A DNA stretch of 60,137 nt, filler included, from Hausera hauseri (GCA_046269625.1; 12 parts of 12 records of this genome joined end to end with filler, not necessarily neighbours in it), one strand, 5' to 3'. Shown: positions 37,594 to 51,575, numbered from the whole stretch's first letter. Made by a program: numbers and translations. The notes: generated by a model not told the origin, from the sequence alone.

Positions 37594-40500
37594 TTTGTGT
37601 GCCTGTGTATGTGTGGTATTTTCTTTTTATCATACTAGGAAAGATCTTTCTATTGCTCCTATGTAAATTGTGGATTAATCATGACATTTTATTTTCTATA
37701 CTCCTGTAATTGTGAATTTTTGCTGTGTAGCTGGGGCTTCTTGTGGTTGTGTTTCGTCTGGTGGATGCAATTTTATAATTGTCTTTCTTTAAACAACTAT
37801 TTGTGGTTCGGGTTTGTGGTGAAAAGTGTTANNNNNNNNNNNNNNNNNNNNNNNNNNNNNNNNNNNNNNNNNNNNTTAATTAATTAANNNNNNNNNNNNN
37901 NNNNNNNNNNNNNNNNNNNNNNNNNNNNNNNTCTGAGAAAATCCATTATGAAATGTATTTGTTTATGATTATATGTTTGGTCTCAGACTTTTGTCCAATA
38001 CTGTATATCTGAACCATTTCATACCATTTACCACTTCAACTTTGATAAGAAGTGCTGTATTTGGAATATCTGCATTGGTATTTTTCGTAACCGATTGTGT
38101 TTCGTAATATCCGTTTATTTTTACTTAACTTTTATTTATTTCTATGAACCCCCATTTAGTAGCAGCTTCTTTCGATAAGTATGAAGTGTCATGTTGATAT
38201 TGTTGATATTGGTATTTATCAGACCGTTTAAACTTTGCCAAGTGTTGAATGTCATACTAATCTACTTCAATTTTCTTAGCAAATAGTGAAGTGGTAACTG
38301 TTTTCTTACTTCTTCATTAATATTTTTCAGAGAAGAGTTTATTATGACCTTTACTAGATACTTTTAATGTTAGTCCAGATTTTAACGTCAACCATGTCGG
38401 GCTATTTGTAAGATGTTTTCCACGCATCACATATTATGAAGACACCTCTGGAATACGACATGCGAATGTATAATTTCTGTCCACAAAATTAATTTTTGTT
38501 GATTAACCAATTACCCAAAATATCCCAATGTAACATCTGCCATCAAAATTATCTCTGGTAATAAGCAGCATGGGAATAATTGTGTGGCCAATGACAATAG
38601 AAGAGTTAACATTAAAGACTGTTTGACCTCATTTTGTGTAAATTTTTGCTTATTATTATTTGGTTTTTAAGCACCATTGTAACTGTGAATCGTTTGGAGT
38701 TGGTGTACTGTGGATTTTGATTATCCGGTCGAGGAAAGGATTTCTTTTTCATCACCTCAATATAGATGACTGGGCAACGACTGCCAAGAGTTCGTAAAGT
38801 TATCGTAGCATTCTTAAAAGTCTTTGGTCGAGGCGGATTGTTGTTTGTAGCACTATTTCGATTGTACTCTTATGTCATTAGGATAGACCCTGCTTTTTAG
38901 TTGAAGACTTTCCTCGGGCCTGGATTACTTCATTAACCCTGTTTCAAAACACTTATCACATCTATTGACTTCATTCTTAAAACATGAAAATCTTGAATGT
39001 ATTGTTTGAGAGTAACTATTATTTCTGGATTTTCTCAGCCAGTCTTACTCTACCTGCGTACCGATAGATTATATATCGTACAGAGTTTTGACGTGGGCTC
39101 TTGTCGGCATTGTTGTGTTAGATGTGTCTATTCGTATTAAATGCGACTTCTAATTTCGAATAATAAATATTCCTAATTGATGCTGAAAATTAAATGTTCA
39201 TTACCGTAGCCATAGCAAGCCAGCAAAAAAAGTAAATGGTAAGGCTGACATTAAAACTTACATTAAACATTAAAAATTACCTGCGCCTGACTAATAAATC
39301 ATTATTTGAAATATTATTGATTGAAATAACAGGGGTTTAATCCTGAGTTCTGATTTTAACTCGAGGTTTCGATGACTCCTGGCTGGTTGTGAAGGACTGC
39401 ATAATTTACTCATCATGATTATCTTTCGTTAAAGAAATTCTGTCTTGTCGAACAAAATAATTTGTTAAAATAAATGAAAAGTATAATCCATCTAACATCA
39501 ATAAACAGACAGGGAAATTCAATTTTTAACAAATTTTAAAAGATACATTTATTATTTCAAATGTTTATTCATGATGAGTTCACATAAATGATTCAAGATT
39601 TATGAAATTTCATGGATACAATATTCTAACCATTTATATCCCTTTCCAACGGCGTTAACTGGAACAATACAAGTCAGCTTTCACCGCATTAATTACCGAA
39701 GCCCAATATTTCTTGACTAGAAGATTTCTATCATTGACGAGTTCCTCTCCCGATCATTGCTAGATAGTTCCTATAATTAGAAATTTCCAATGAGGGCGAT
39801 TTCCTATACCATGCAACACCACTCCTGCGACTGCAACCCAAAATCACTTCATTCATGATTCGACTTAAACATCCACCTGCTGATCATACCCCCAAGCCCA
39901 CGTATGAATCTTAATAGGAAATATTGGTCATCAGAAGTTTGGTTTAATGGAGTACACGATAATTTTATAATTATTAAAACAAAAAAGTCAGAGGGGTTAT
40001 AATCAACACCGACAATTTATTACATTTCGAAATTTATTAGTAAAATTTCTACAAGTCAATATCAGCGGCTTAAAATCGCAATAATATTCTCCATATTTAC
40101 TTGACTATTGTTCATTAGTTATTCATCTGCATGTCTTCCTTAAAAGAATTCTAAATTTTAATAATCATCATAAATCTATATTCACTTCAACAGTCCTCGT
40201 TTATTCTCGTAATATCCTCAATCAACTATAATAAGACGTAACCTATTCGTTTGTTATATGAACATTCGCATCAGAATTCATTTGAATATTTTCCCGTATA
40301 GTTTGATTCCGTGGTTCCAATAGCATAAGTATCATTAAGGTTTCCGTCCATAATTATTTGTCACAAAATAGAAGTTGATTATTGATTTGACTAATATAAT
40401 TGAAAGATTCCTTGTGGAGTGAATAAGATCTATCTGATATCCTAGTTAATCATAAGCATTAAAAGATATAAAAATAATTTATAATGCAGTAGTAACGATG

Positions 40501-41079
40501 CTGAGAAAATGTATCGGAAAATTCTGATCTCAGTATTAACAATTTCAAACGAAGAGATTGCGTATCAAATGATGATCGTGTCCCGTATAAAAATCGTTAT
40601 CCTCAGAAAAGTATTGTTAGCAGAATGGTTATTTTTGTGTTTTTTATCGTTATGAGTGGTAGTTTATATACTACCGGTTTTCCGAAATGTGAAAAAATCC
40701 GCCTGACATTTTAATAATTCATTCCGAATTGTTTTTACATATGGCCGGTAATTCCGAATTGCGCTTTCACATAAGCCGATAAATTTTGAATTGGGTTTAT
40801 TAATATTATCAGAAATCTGTCCGTTTTCCCTTTAAATCAAAACCCATGGACGAAACATGGAAAGACCAACACTGTCGGACATCTGTCCAAGACTCAGAAT
40901 CAAACATCTGTCCATATACTTGAGCAAAATCTGTCAATCATATGATATGATTTAAAGTTGGTGAAATATGTTTGGGTTTCTCAACCATAAAATCCTAATA
41001 TCTAATTTACCTTTGTTTAAATAAAGTTTAAGATATCTTTTCTTTAGACCAAGGTTTCTGTTTACTCTTAAGAGCGACC

Positions 41080-41652
41080 TGTGGAGTCCGCCCAGTTTAT
41101 TATTTAACTTAGTGAGTTTCGATCACCGGGCGGATCACTGGTGCCGTCCCGTTACTTATGAATTTTAACAACCGACTGAATTAAATTGGTCGGTATATAA
41201 AAAAGGGCAACCGTAATTTTATGTTACATTTTTATACTACAAAAGTTAATTAATGAAAACAAAGAAGTATTAACAATAAAATTTAAAGAAAATAAGAGTT
41301 ACTCAATAAAATGAATAAGACTTACAAGTGTCATAAGCTGACACGAGAAGACTGTAAAGTAAAAGTGTGTTCTCTTAAATGATTGTCGAAGTAAGATATT
41401 TATACCTATGCAAGACAGTATGTATAACAATAAAAATACAATAAATTCTAACAAATTCTACATTAACAAGGTTAATGGAATGTCGAATATAATAAATTCC
41501 GAACGAATTCCACATTAATAATAGTAAAATTTCGAGTAATTAAATATGAATAATAATTTGAAATGTCGTTCATAAACTAAAGTTATGGTAGAATTATTGA
41601 TTAGACTTTGAATTGTCGACAAAATTGTCATTCTGACTTTGAATCGTCGACA
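41080..41652 (-). repeat. LTR (about 573 bp) with adjacent polypurine tract
   Basis: TGTGGA...TCGACA termini. On the minus strand GAGAAGGAAGA immediately precedes TGTCGACG (PPT plus 3' LTR). Confidence 0.7.
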
Positions 41653-41859
41653 TCTTCCTTCTCAGACGGCGCTGCTCTCAGCACCAGGGGATCAGTTTCC
41701 AGAGTGCCATTATCGTATCGGTAGACTGATGACTGGTATTGGAGCCAGTGACCTTGTATCTTAAATTACAATTTCAGTGTTATAGTGTCTTTTGAGGAAG
41801 GTTTCCGCTTACCCATTTTTGTTGCGTCAACATAGATATCATTAGTATCAGCAGATGTT

Positions 41860-43109
41860 AGTAGGGGAAATGCGGGTTCTGCCTCACTCCGCCCTGGGGA
41901 GGTCGCACAGTGCAAAATCAATAGTGCACGTGCTAATTGATAGTGTTCTCGGAGCACTATCGATTGGTAATGTGCTAGCACATTTTTGTTCTTTACACAA
42001 TTGATCGCTGCACGATGCAGTATTGATCGGAATCGATCGGGATAAAGTGCTAATCGATATAGCACATCGAGGCACATGGAAAAGTACATAGTGCAAGTGT
42101 GCAAAAAACAATAATATCGGATTTGGAGAGCGCAGTTCAAACGAATGCACTTAGAATTTAAATCGATTTGAATATTGTGCGTGTCAAGTTCAACTGAAGG
42201 AGAACCCGCATAGGTTTTTTAGGCCCTAAGGAAGCAAAATTCGACAAATATTTAAGCGGGAACAGATAGGAAGCGCCACATTGTAATCCGGGTTTTCCAT
42301 CTCAGATTTCCGAAATTCGGTGCGCAACTCGAATAAATATCGATTTTCACCGAATAATATCGAATATCTTGACACGTAAAAATTTTCTGCGAAATCTGAG
42401 ATCGCCAGTCGATTCCCCATATCTTAGTGCATTTATATAAAAACTGTATTCCGATAAAACCTACAAAGTTGATTTTAGCACACGAGCAAGTGGAAATCTA
42501 AAAATGGAAAAGCGTACACACATGGAAACTAACATTTGCTGTATCCGATTACTCGAATACAAGTCGAACTTTTTGAATAATTTATTTTCTATTCGAATAG
42601 AAGCAAAAATCGAAAAATCTAAAAGCGTAGAGGGATAGAAACCCATATATTGAAAATCCGCTTAAACATTTATTGAATTTTGCTTCATTAGGGTCTAAAA
42701 AACCTCTGCGGGTTCTCCCTCAGTTGAACTTGGCACGCACACTATTCAAAAACTTTGATCTATTTAAGTGCATTCGTTTGAACTGCGCTCTCCAAATCCG
42801 ATATTATTGGTTTTTGCACACTTGCACATGCGCGGCACACTTGCACTGTGCACTGATCGATGCTCCTCGATGTGCTCCACCGATTAGCACTTTATCCCGA
42901 TCGATTCCGGTCAATACAGCACCGTGCAGCGATCAATTGTGAAAAGAACAAAAATGTGCCTAGCAACGGTGCCTAAAGGCACCGTTGCCTAGCACATTAC
43001 CGATCGATAGTGCTCCGGTAGCACTATCAATTAGCATGTACGCTATTGATTTTGCACTGTGCCACCCCCACCCCCCAGTCGGTGAGGGAGAACCCGCATT
43101 TCCCGTGCT
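41860..43109. mobile_element. Non-autonomous mini-Polinton/Maverick (about 400-450-bp TIRs, AG...CT ends, 6-bp TSD GATGTT)
   Basis: Arms 41860-42259 and 42658-43109 are inverted copies. GATGTT lies at 41854-41859 and 43110-43115. The arms are homologous to the terminus of the pPolB-bearing element at 58865-59340. Confidence 0.85.
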
Positions 43110-44158
43110 GATGTTGAAGCTACAGAGACTGACGGGTTGTTCGCAGTTTTTCCAATATCCATTAGTTCAACGGTTTTTGTTAGAGTTTGTGTATTTATTA
43201 CAACTTTCTGTTTTGGAACTTGTTTTTTAGTCTTGATATTGTTAATTTCGACTTGATATTCGTTGATAGATTGATAAATTTTAGGTGTGATTGAAGCTTT
43301 CTCCTTTGTTCTGCAAGGATATTCGCTTTATTATAACGTTTAAGAATCTGTTTCTGAGTTAGGGTTTTGTCTGCATTGATCTGGCTATGATTGAAAATGT
43401 CTCGGATTTCTAGTAATTTGTCGAAGTTAAGGAAAGCTACTTGGGAATTTGTAGCATAAATGTGCATACCGATAATTATCTTACCGGCGAGTTTTTGTCG
43501 GATAGTAGGTCGTATCTAATATTCATCAGCTTGGCCGATTAGATCGCCTTCTCTCAATCCCATGATCAGACTATTATAATTATCGACTCTATCGATGTCA
43601 CAATAGAGGGCACATTGAAGAAGAGTGCTATACTAAATTGGACAAGAGCAGAAGAGGACAAAACACGTGCGGGGTATAGTCAGAAAAGATATGGAGAGAG
43701 AGTGAACAGCAGGCATGCATACGTTGCCAATATTGACGAAGACTGCGAAGAATCCATCAGAGTCGACAAACCCAAAAGGCAGAGCCTCGACAGAAGTAGA
43801 GATAGTCGGGCATTACATTAAATAACTCCAAAGGCTCCCAAAATATTCAAAGGAATGGTCAAGGCATTGAAGAAATGAAGGAAAGAACAGAGGAAAAGGT
43901 ACGGATGTTCATAAAGAAGGGAACATTTGCAGACAGAAACGAAGAAGTACGAATTACAAAAAGTCAAAACGAGAGCCTCCGTGAAGAGGGGATTTTTTCC
44001 CTGGAAGGACTGTCGGAAAAGCTGATCACGTACGATAAACTACAAGGACGGCCAGGTANNNNNNNNNNNNNNNNNNNNNNNNNNNNNNNNNNNNNNNNNN
44101 NNTTAATTAATTAANNNNNNNNNNNNNNNNNNNNNNNNNNNNNNNNNNNNNNNNNNNN

Positions 44159-45060
44159 AAACCGATAAGAAGGCGGTTTCCAACTCGTGCATACCGTGCT
44201 GCAGGCGTAAATAATGTATGGCAAATGGATCTGATAGAAATGATTCCGTACGCCAGCATCAACGATGGGTATCGGTACGTGCTGACATGTATTGATGTGT
44301 CTAATCGTTTGTCACATGCAATTGACGTGAAATCTAAATCCGGTAAAGAGATTACCGACGCTGTTCAGACACTGATACAACAGCAACAGTCGAAGCATTT
44401 ACAAACGGACTTGAGTAAGGAATTCTACAACGCCCACATTGCAGCGGTCTTGAAACGGTTCGGCGTAAACCACTACTCGATGTTTTCCCAATACAAGCCG
44501 GCACTAGTTGAACGATTTAATCGATTACTGCGCGGTCACCTAAACAAATTCTTTATGAAGCAATACAACAAACGCTGGGTAGATGTACTGCCGGATATTA
44601 TTCATGCATACAATCATTCGACACATCGTGGTATCAGTGGATTACGGCCGGTTGACATAATCGATGATTTGGAAATGTGGCGTTATTAAAACCAAACCCG
44701 ACGAGGATGACAGGCAATTAAACGTCGCCCAAAATATAAAATCGGTGATTATGTACGTATTTCAAAGCTGAGTACGACACCACTCATTAAGAATTTCAAT
44801 CAGAACTGGAGCGATGAAGTTTTCCGAATTTCAGCAATCAACACAATGCAAAGTCCGGTTATGTACGTTTTAGAAGATGAAAATGGTGACGAAATACGTG
44901 GAAAATTTTACGAATAAGAACTGCAAGTACAACCGGAAAAACCCGATGTGTATCGTATTCAGGAAATTCTAAGTTCACATGGCAAAGGTTCGAATAAACA
45001 ACATCTGGTCCAATGGTACTGATACACTACACCGAGTTGGATTTTTTCATCGCCGATTGA
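44159..45060 (+). pseudogene. Maverick rve integrase with a C-terminal chromodomain-like region
   Basis: KPIRRRFPTR...WQMDLIEM...YVLTCIDV...LQTDLSKEFYN...LVERFNR...YNHSTH, then KIGDYVRISK...QNWSDEVF...GKFYE. Premature stops are present. Confidence 0.92.
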
Positions 45061-46101
45061 GTGATAGCATTTATTTGGTACTTGATAGTAACAGATTATT
45101 ATCACAACACGACAACAATGACAATATCGCTAAACAGTTTACCATGCACTTGGACCAACCGATCGATTTACGCCACAGAGCCTGGGACATTTTCACCAAT
45201 GACAATACGTCAGAACAGTGGTATTTACTTTACCCGACAAGAAACTAACCATATTTCAAGTCGCTTGTGGACAATACTACACAATAACCGATATATTTTT
45301 CGCAATTATTCGCGAGAAAAATTTTCGGTATATGCTTATTTTTCAAACTACCGTATGAAACTAATGCATTGATATCCCATGGAAATGCAGTTTAAATCTA
45401 TAGCTGATACTGAGGCATAGGGTTTTCAATCAGTCAATGTACACTCAAAACGTCTACGGTTAGGTGGACGTGTTATAATTAGTGAAAAATTGGACCTTTC
45501 ATCCGATGCGGAATCAGATATTATAGTAAATCAGACTAAGTCAGAATGAGTCTTCCACTCATGTATTATACCGCACGATTTACTAGTGGAAACGGAACTG
45601 GAATTGTTTAAATATGTCAAGAAAACGGCCGCATTAGTCGCAAAGACATGTGAAATAAATGCAGATGGTCATATTTCGATTACACTACATGACAATGTTA
45701 CATATTTTGCCTTTGATGAATTATTGGCTCGGAATCTGGGTTTTTCACAACGTGAATTCTATCAAAACATTGTTGGACGATCTATTGTTGCCAAATACAA
45801 ACCACAACTCTATGGAGCATTTCACCGAATCAACATTTTAACGGACTTAACCGAATCCGTACTCGTTGGTGGAGAACGTAAACAACTGCTGGCTTCTATC
45901 GAACTGGATTCTGACACGTACAAAACATCGGGTGAAACTGTTCGCGTTATTATGTTCAGACGCATGTACTTATCATTGTCTCATAATACTGTGTACAGTA
46001 TTTCCGTGTATATGCTTGATGAATTTTGGGAACGAATTAAATTTCTGTTTGGGTCAACGACACATTTGACGTTACATTTTCGACGTCGTCAACATCGATA
46101 A
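45057..46101 (+). pseudogene. Maverick minor capsid (penton-like) protein 1
   Basis: N-terminal IYLVLDSN...DN...FTMHLDQPIDL...WD and C-terminal INILTDLTESVLVGGERKQLLASI...ISVYMLDE..ERIKF..G.T.HLTLHFRR. Confidence 0.8.
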
Positions 46102-46146
46102 TAAACAAACAGCGTCATCATCACCATTATCATCATCGTCGAGATC

Positions 46147-47222
46147 ATGAGTATTTACATGGTGTTGCCAAGCAACAGATGTCCGACGACTGATCCGAAC
46201 AACTCCGCCAGTGAATACGTTATAGACTGGAACAATCCTTTGGATTTATCTGGACAATGGGAGGTTGCACTGACGAAATTTAACTTTCCCTACGCACCGG
46301 TGACATTGAAATGTAGTATGAAAATAACTTACAACAAGACTGTTACTGAAACCAAACACATTCTTGTCCTATGACACTTACTAATAATAAAATAACAGTT
46401 GGAGAATCGGCCATTTGCACGACTGAAGCAAATTACGGTTCACGCGGCAAAATCGGTGTTTTTATTTTAGATCAAAACTTACATTTTATTGCAGATTTTG
46501 AATTTACTGTTACCTTTAAGTCCTCTGAGATGGTGCAGAAATTTGGATTCAAAAATACAGAGTACAAAGGTAACCATATTAAAAGTGAATATGTAGTTTG
46601 TCCAAGATTAAATCCCGTATATTACCAGGCTATGGTGAAATTTACATATACAACAGAAAGGGTATCAGCGTCATACGTATCGATTGGAGCCAATGTCCAT
46701 TGAGAATCTGTAGCACATCTCTGTGAACACTTTTCTTCAAATGAAAAGTAGAAGGAGATATTTAAAGTTTTTGAGTCAGATGCAAATGGGTACATTAAAT
46801 TTGAACTGGCTAAGGATATTGTCGACATTTCATTGGACTAAGCATTGGCCATGGTATTGGGTTTTGAAAAACAGCGGTTTGAGGCATCGACAACGGCGGC
46901 ACATGTTGCAACATTTAAAGCCAAACTGAAAACTGGTCTAAGTCAAATGTACATTTGCGTGAACGTCACCGAACCTATTTTGGTAGGTGGAGTAAGTGCA
47001 CCGCTACTCCATGTAATTTATCCGGAAAGCAGCAAGTATACTTCTGGCCACAATGTCACTGTCAAGCTCGATAATCCAATGTACCTAACTGTGGCATCTA
47101 CATCTATAAACAATGATGAAGTGAATATCCGATATAACGCAGGCTTCCTTATTAAATTGATGTACGGTACCACAACCAGTCTAACTTTTCATTTCCGTCA
47201 AATCCAACAACAACATCATTGA
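46147..47222 (+). pseudogene. Maverick minor capsid (penton-like) protein 2
   Basis: MSIYMVLPSN...PNNSASEY...PLDLSGQWEVAL and MYICVNVTEPILVGGVSAPLLHVI...NPMYLTV...TTSLTFHFRQ. Confidence 0.85.
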
Positions 47223-47588
47223 TTCCGAAATTATTTCCATATACAGTAAACCCCAGCAGGGCGGTGAACTGCCGTATTTTGTTGGTAAACAGTATGGCTC
47301 TGGATAGTTGCGTACATTGGCACGTTTAGCATTTCAGGTGTTGAAGTGTATTGGAGCCGTGGCAGCCAAAACAGCACAGGACGTACTGTATGAAAACAAA
47401 TTGATTTTACCATCATTAATGGAACAGGCCTTGTAAGAAATAAAAAGCGCTACACCGGAGGTCATTGAATCAGTCAAAAACAATTTGCTGGCAGTGGCTT
47501 GAGAAAACTCCGTAGAGAATCATCGAGCTCATCAACTATAAACAAACGTCGTCGTCGTACGATTTTCGATTGATTGCTTGACAGACAA

Positions 47589-48120
47589 ATGGCATCTGCA
47601 TAATCTGAATTGTGTATATTTGACAAAGGTGCACCAGAAATTGTTATTAACAATGCGGCATTTGAAAAAATCTATCCCGTTAATTCGGTTTCAACGGATG
47701 ATAACATTGACATTCAATTTAACATGATGGCATCGGACAATGAATACCTGGATTTGAACGATACGCTACTCTATGTAAAAGTCATTGTTAAAAATGATGC
47801 ATCAACGGTTCTCACGGCAACAGACACTGTCACACCGGCCAATTACTTTTTCCTCACACTGTTCAAGGAGGCTTCACTGACTCTGAACAGTGTCAAAATC
47901 GAAGGCAACATCAGTCTGTACAGTATCAAGGCACTCATTTAAACGGCTCTGAATTACAGACAAGAAAACTACTCATTTGACGAAAACCATCGGATATGAC
48001 GCCACAGCGACAAACCGTCAGGCATGGGTGGCAGAATCAAAAACCCTTACCATGTGTGGACCACTGTACTTTGACTTTTTCGATCAGCCGAAATACCTAC
48101 TGCCCGGTGTTAAAGCCATG
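47589..48120 (+). pseudogene. Maverick major capsid protein (double jelly-roll, PY/hexon) N-terminus
   Basis: *SELCIFD...IYPVNSV...IQF...EYLDLNDTLLYVK...PANYFFLTLF...GPLYFDFFDQPKYLLPGV. Confidence 0.88.
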
Positions 48121-50089
48121 NNNNNNNNNNNNNNNNNNNNNNNNNNNNNNNNNNNNNNNNNNNNTTAATTAATTAANNNNNNNNNNNNNNNNNNNNNNNN
48201 NNNNNNNNNNNNNNNNNNNNCTAATATGAAAATTGAGGCCACATATGTCAATGTTGATGGTGAAGAGTCCAAAAGGGCCTTTAAGACCGGAAATAGGCCC
48301 ATTTTTGAAGCTACAGATATACTACAATGGCTGCATGATGAGCATGCAAAGTTGATTACTGAAGCTGATGAGAACCAGAGTAAGAAGAGCGGATGGGCTC
48401 TGGCAACTATCAAGAACCTACGTGTGCATGTTCACAGGTACTCTCCCATGCGAGGCAGTTCATATATACAGCTGCCAGAATGGATTAGGCAGAAAAACGC
48501 TTGCATTAATGTCCATAATAATGACACCAAGTGTTTCATGTATGCCATTCTATCAAAACTCGTGTCGGATCAAAAACATGCTTCACGAATTTGGCTATAT
48601 AATGATCTGAAACACAATTATGACTTCCAATGCATCACATTCCCTCCATCCTTAGATGAAATAAAGAAGTTCGGACAACTCAACAACATGTCAATCAACA
48701 TCTTGGGATTGGATGAGAAGGATAAATTCTATCCCCTGCAAATATATGATAATGAATTGGAAGATCATAGGGATCTGCTCCTACTAGACGATGGAGAAAA
48801 GAAACATTATATTCAGATCAAGAATTTTGAGCGTCTAGACAGATACCAAATTACGAATCATCATGAACAAATAGAAATATGTAAACGATGCTTTTCCAAT
48901 TTCAGTGGTGATACAGCAGTGGACAAGCTTGCATAGAACAAAATTTACTAACAACAATTACTGTGTAAGACCAGAATTTTCCAAGGAGGACTATATTGAA
49001 TTCAAAAAGTTCGAGAAGAAGATCAGGGTCCTAATAGTTATCTATTGCGACTTTGAAGCTATTCTCCGGCCAATTCACGGCTGCGCTCCCAGCTCTCAAC
49101 ATAACATCACAAAGTCATACCAATGTCACGAACTCTCATCGTATTGCATGTATACCAAAGGACTAGACAGTGAACCATTTGTATTTAGTGGTCCAGGCGC
49201 AGCAGAACATTTCTTGATACGACTTGAAAATATGGCTCATGAGCTTGAAAACATGCTTCAGCAGCATAAGGATACAATGAGAATGTCGTGGAAATAAGCT
49301 GAAGAATGGCACAAGGCAACAACTTGTTACTTTTGCTCCAAATCATTCACCAAGGAAAATCATAAAGTTAAGGATCATTGCAATTTTACAGGCACATATC
49401 GGGGCTCAGCATGCAACAATTGCAACTTACGCTGCGAGACATGCACATATGTGCCTGTAGTGTTTCATAATATCAGTGGCTATAATTCCCACTTCATTGT
49501 TCGAGAACTGGGCAACATTGAAGGAAACATCGATGTCATTCCTGATAGTGAGGAAAAGTACATCACTTTCACCAAGCATGTGGACTACATCAGGCTTCGC
49601 TTCATAGATAGCTTCCGCTTTATGAGCTCGTCATATCGAGTACGCGAAAGGTTTCCTGGAAATTGTTCATAAATTCCTCGTTTACATTTAAGAGAGTTTT
49701 TGAGAGGAATGTCTTAACCAAATTTGTAATATTCTCAACGTGAAACACGACGATTTTTGTATTAGAGTAAATATTGGGACGCATGTTCTGTATCGCTGTA
49801 AGAAATGGATGCTTAAAATCAGGTTTCAGACGACAGACTTTCCAAATAAAACATGGAGATACACTTTGTTTCAAAAAATCTTCTTTTGAAATGTTAATTA
49901 AAACTTCGCCAACTTCCGCGATAAAATGGTATCCAATAAAGAGATAGACAACAATTCAAAACTTCGATCAACCTGTTCATCCAGTGAATTGACATTAAAG
50001 TGACCAAAAGCAAACTTGTCTATATTTTGGATTCCAACATGAAGATCATAATTTAAAATTCAAAATTCAAAAAGCAAATGTAATTGTGT

Positions 50090-50580
50090 TTATTTTTTTA
50101 TACATTTAAACAACAGTTTTTGAATCGTGATACGAATAAACGAAGTCGGAGTACTGATTAGAGTCACGATTGTTACTAAAACAACCCAATACCAATGAAA
50201 CATGTATATTTGTTCATTGAGCATATTAACCGGTAGAACACATTGTGCCGTAATTCCGTTTCTAACACCCGAATGATCCAGTCTGGCATAACGGTAACCG
50301 ACTCGAGGGAAGATCATGGTTGTTTGCCAATCTTGCCCATTAAGAGTGTTTTGAGCAACTTCAATACCAAAAAAATCGAGTTAGTCCCAAAGAAGTTTTT
50401 GCATTAATATCGCTTGGTCGAATGAGTTAATGAGATAGTTGATTTTTAACACGAAATAGCTAAATATCAACCAATTCCCGAGACGTTTACTGACCACAAG
50501 AAAGTTACAAGTTTTATATAATCCTATGCAATAGTTAGCCATTCTTCCTATTCGATTGTCCCATTTTTGCCTCGCTTTTT
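50090..50580 (-). pseudogene. inx: Innexin internal fragment (intronless)
   Basis: SKRLGNWLIFSYFVLKINYLINS...GQDWQTTMIFPRVGY...AQCVLPVNMLNEQIYMFHWYW. Confidence 0.9.
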
Positions 50581-50599
50581 CACTTGAATGTATAACCTG

Positions 50600-51455
50600 A
50601 TTGGCACTGGTAACTAAATGCTAAATATCGGTTCCGGTTAAATTGTAACAAAACATTTGCCACAGAACACGTGAAATTTAGAACATTATGCATTGGAGAC
50701 TGAATACGAAAGGAACCCATTGATAATACAATAAAGAAACCTGGTGGACCATTACGTTTCTGTGAACGAGTATGCATCGTTCGATCTGGCACATTTGGAT
50801 TTGATGAAAGTGTGGCATACTAGTATTTGGTCGACGATTTGGTAACGTTGTCTCTGACTGACTAGAATTTTGTCGGCCGCTTCTTATTGTGTCCCGTTGA
50901 TTTGAATTTGGGCGATAAGCGAGTCTATCCAATAAACTAGAATTTTGACGATTTCTGGTTATTCTTACAGGCAAATCTACATCGTCCCTTCTGTGATTTG
51001 ACAGTTTATCAAAGGATTATTCACTTAAAATGGCGACAATGCAAACATACCTTCCAAATTTTCGATATCTTCACATCAAACTGTTTTTATGCACTTTCCA
51101 TCTATTTTATCAAATATTTTGTAATTCTTGACCTTAGACCGATCCATAGGACATGAATTCTTTTCGTTCGTCCATAATTCGATGCAAATGACACAAAATT
51201 CCTGTGTACAACAAGCCAATCTGGCTACTTTACCATCAATATTAGAAAGACAAATACAACATTCTTTAGGCTTGCCGGCAACCATGTGTAAGACACGAAT
51301 ATTTGCAGGTCGTCCAATAAAATGACTTGGTTTATGAATTGTTCCACGGAAATTTTAGAGGCGGAACATCGGGAGATTTTTGAATACCTTGAATGATAAG
51401 GCGTTTACTAAGTTTCACCTCTTCTGATAGAATTATTAAATAGTGCAGCATACAT
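50600..51455 (-). pseudogene. RING-finger protein fragment (PHRF1/SCAF11-like RING plus R/S/N-rich region)
   Basis: CCICLSNIDGKVARLACCTQEFCVICIELWTNEKNSCPMDR. The zinc-ligand His position is substituted and downstream stops are present. Confidence 0.7.
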
Positions 51456-51575
51456 CCTCTTAGAGCAACAAAGTATTGAGTATTACACCCAAATTTTTTA
51501 TGTTGAATTGAACTATATTATCACGTTTGCAGTGCACTGTTGAATTTAGTGAGATATATCACATGTACAAAACTT

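Noticed and set aside
37442-37709. THTHTH / CVCVCV ORFs
   Set aside because: Translations of the (GT)n microsatellite.
37932-41000. Scattered coding-like remnants (for example 39600-39950 on the minus strand)
   Set aside because: Too degraded to assign by eye. They may be further mosaic fragments and need a blastx search.
41766-43230. Similar ORFs on opposite strands (NCALQIRYY...)
   Set aside because: By-products of the inverted TIR arms, with no coding signature.
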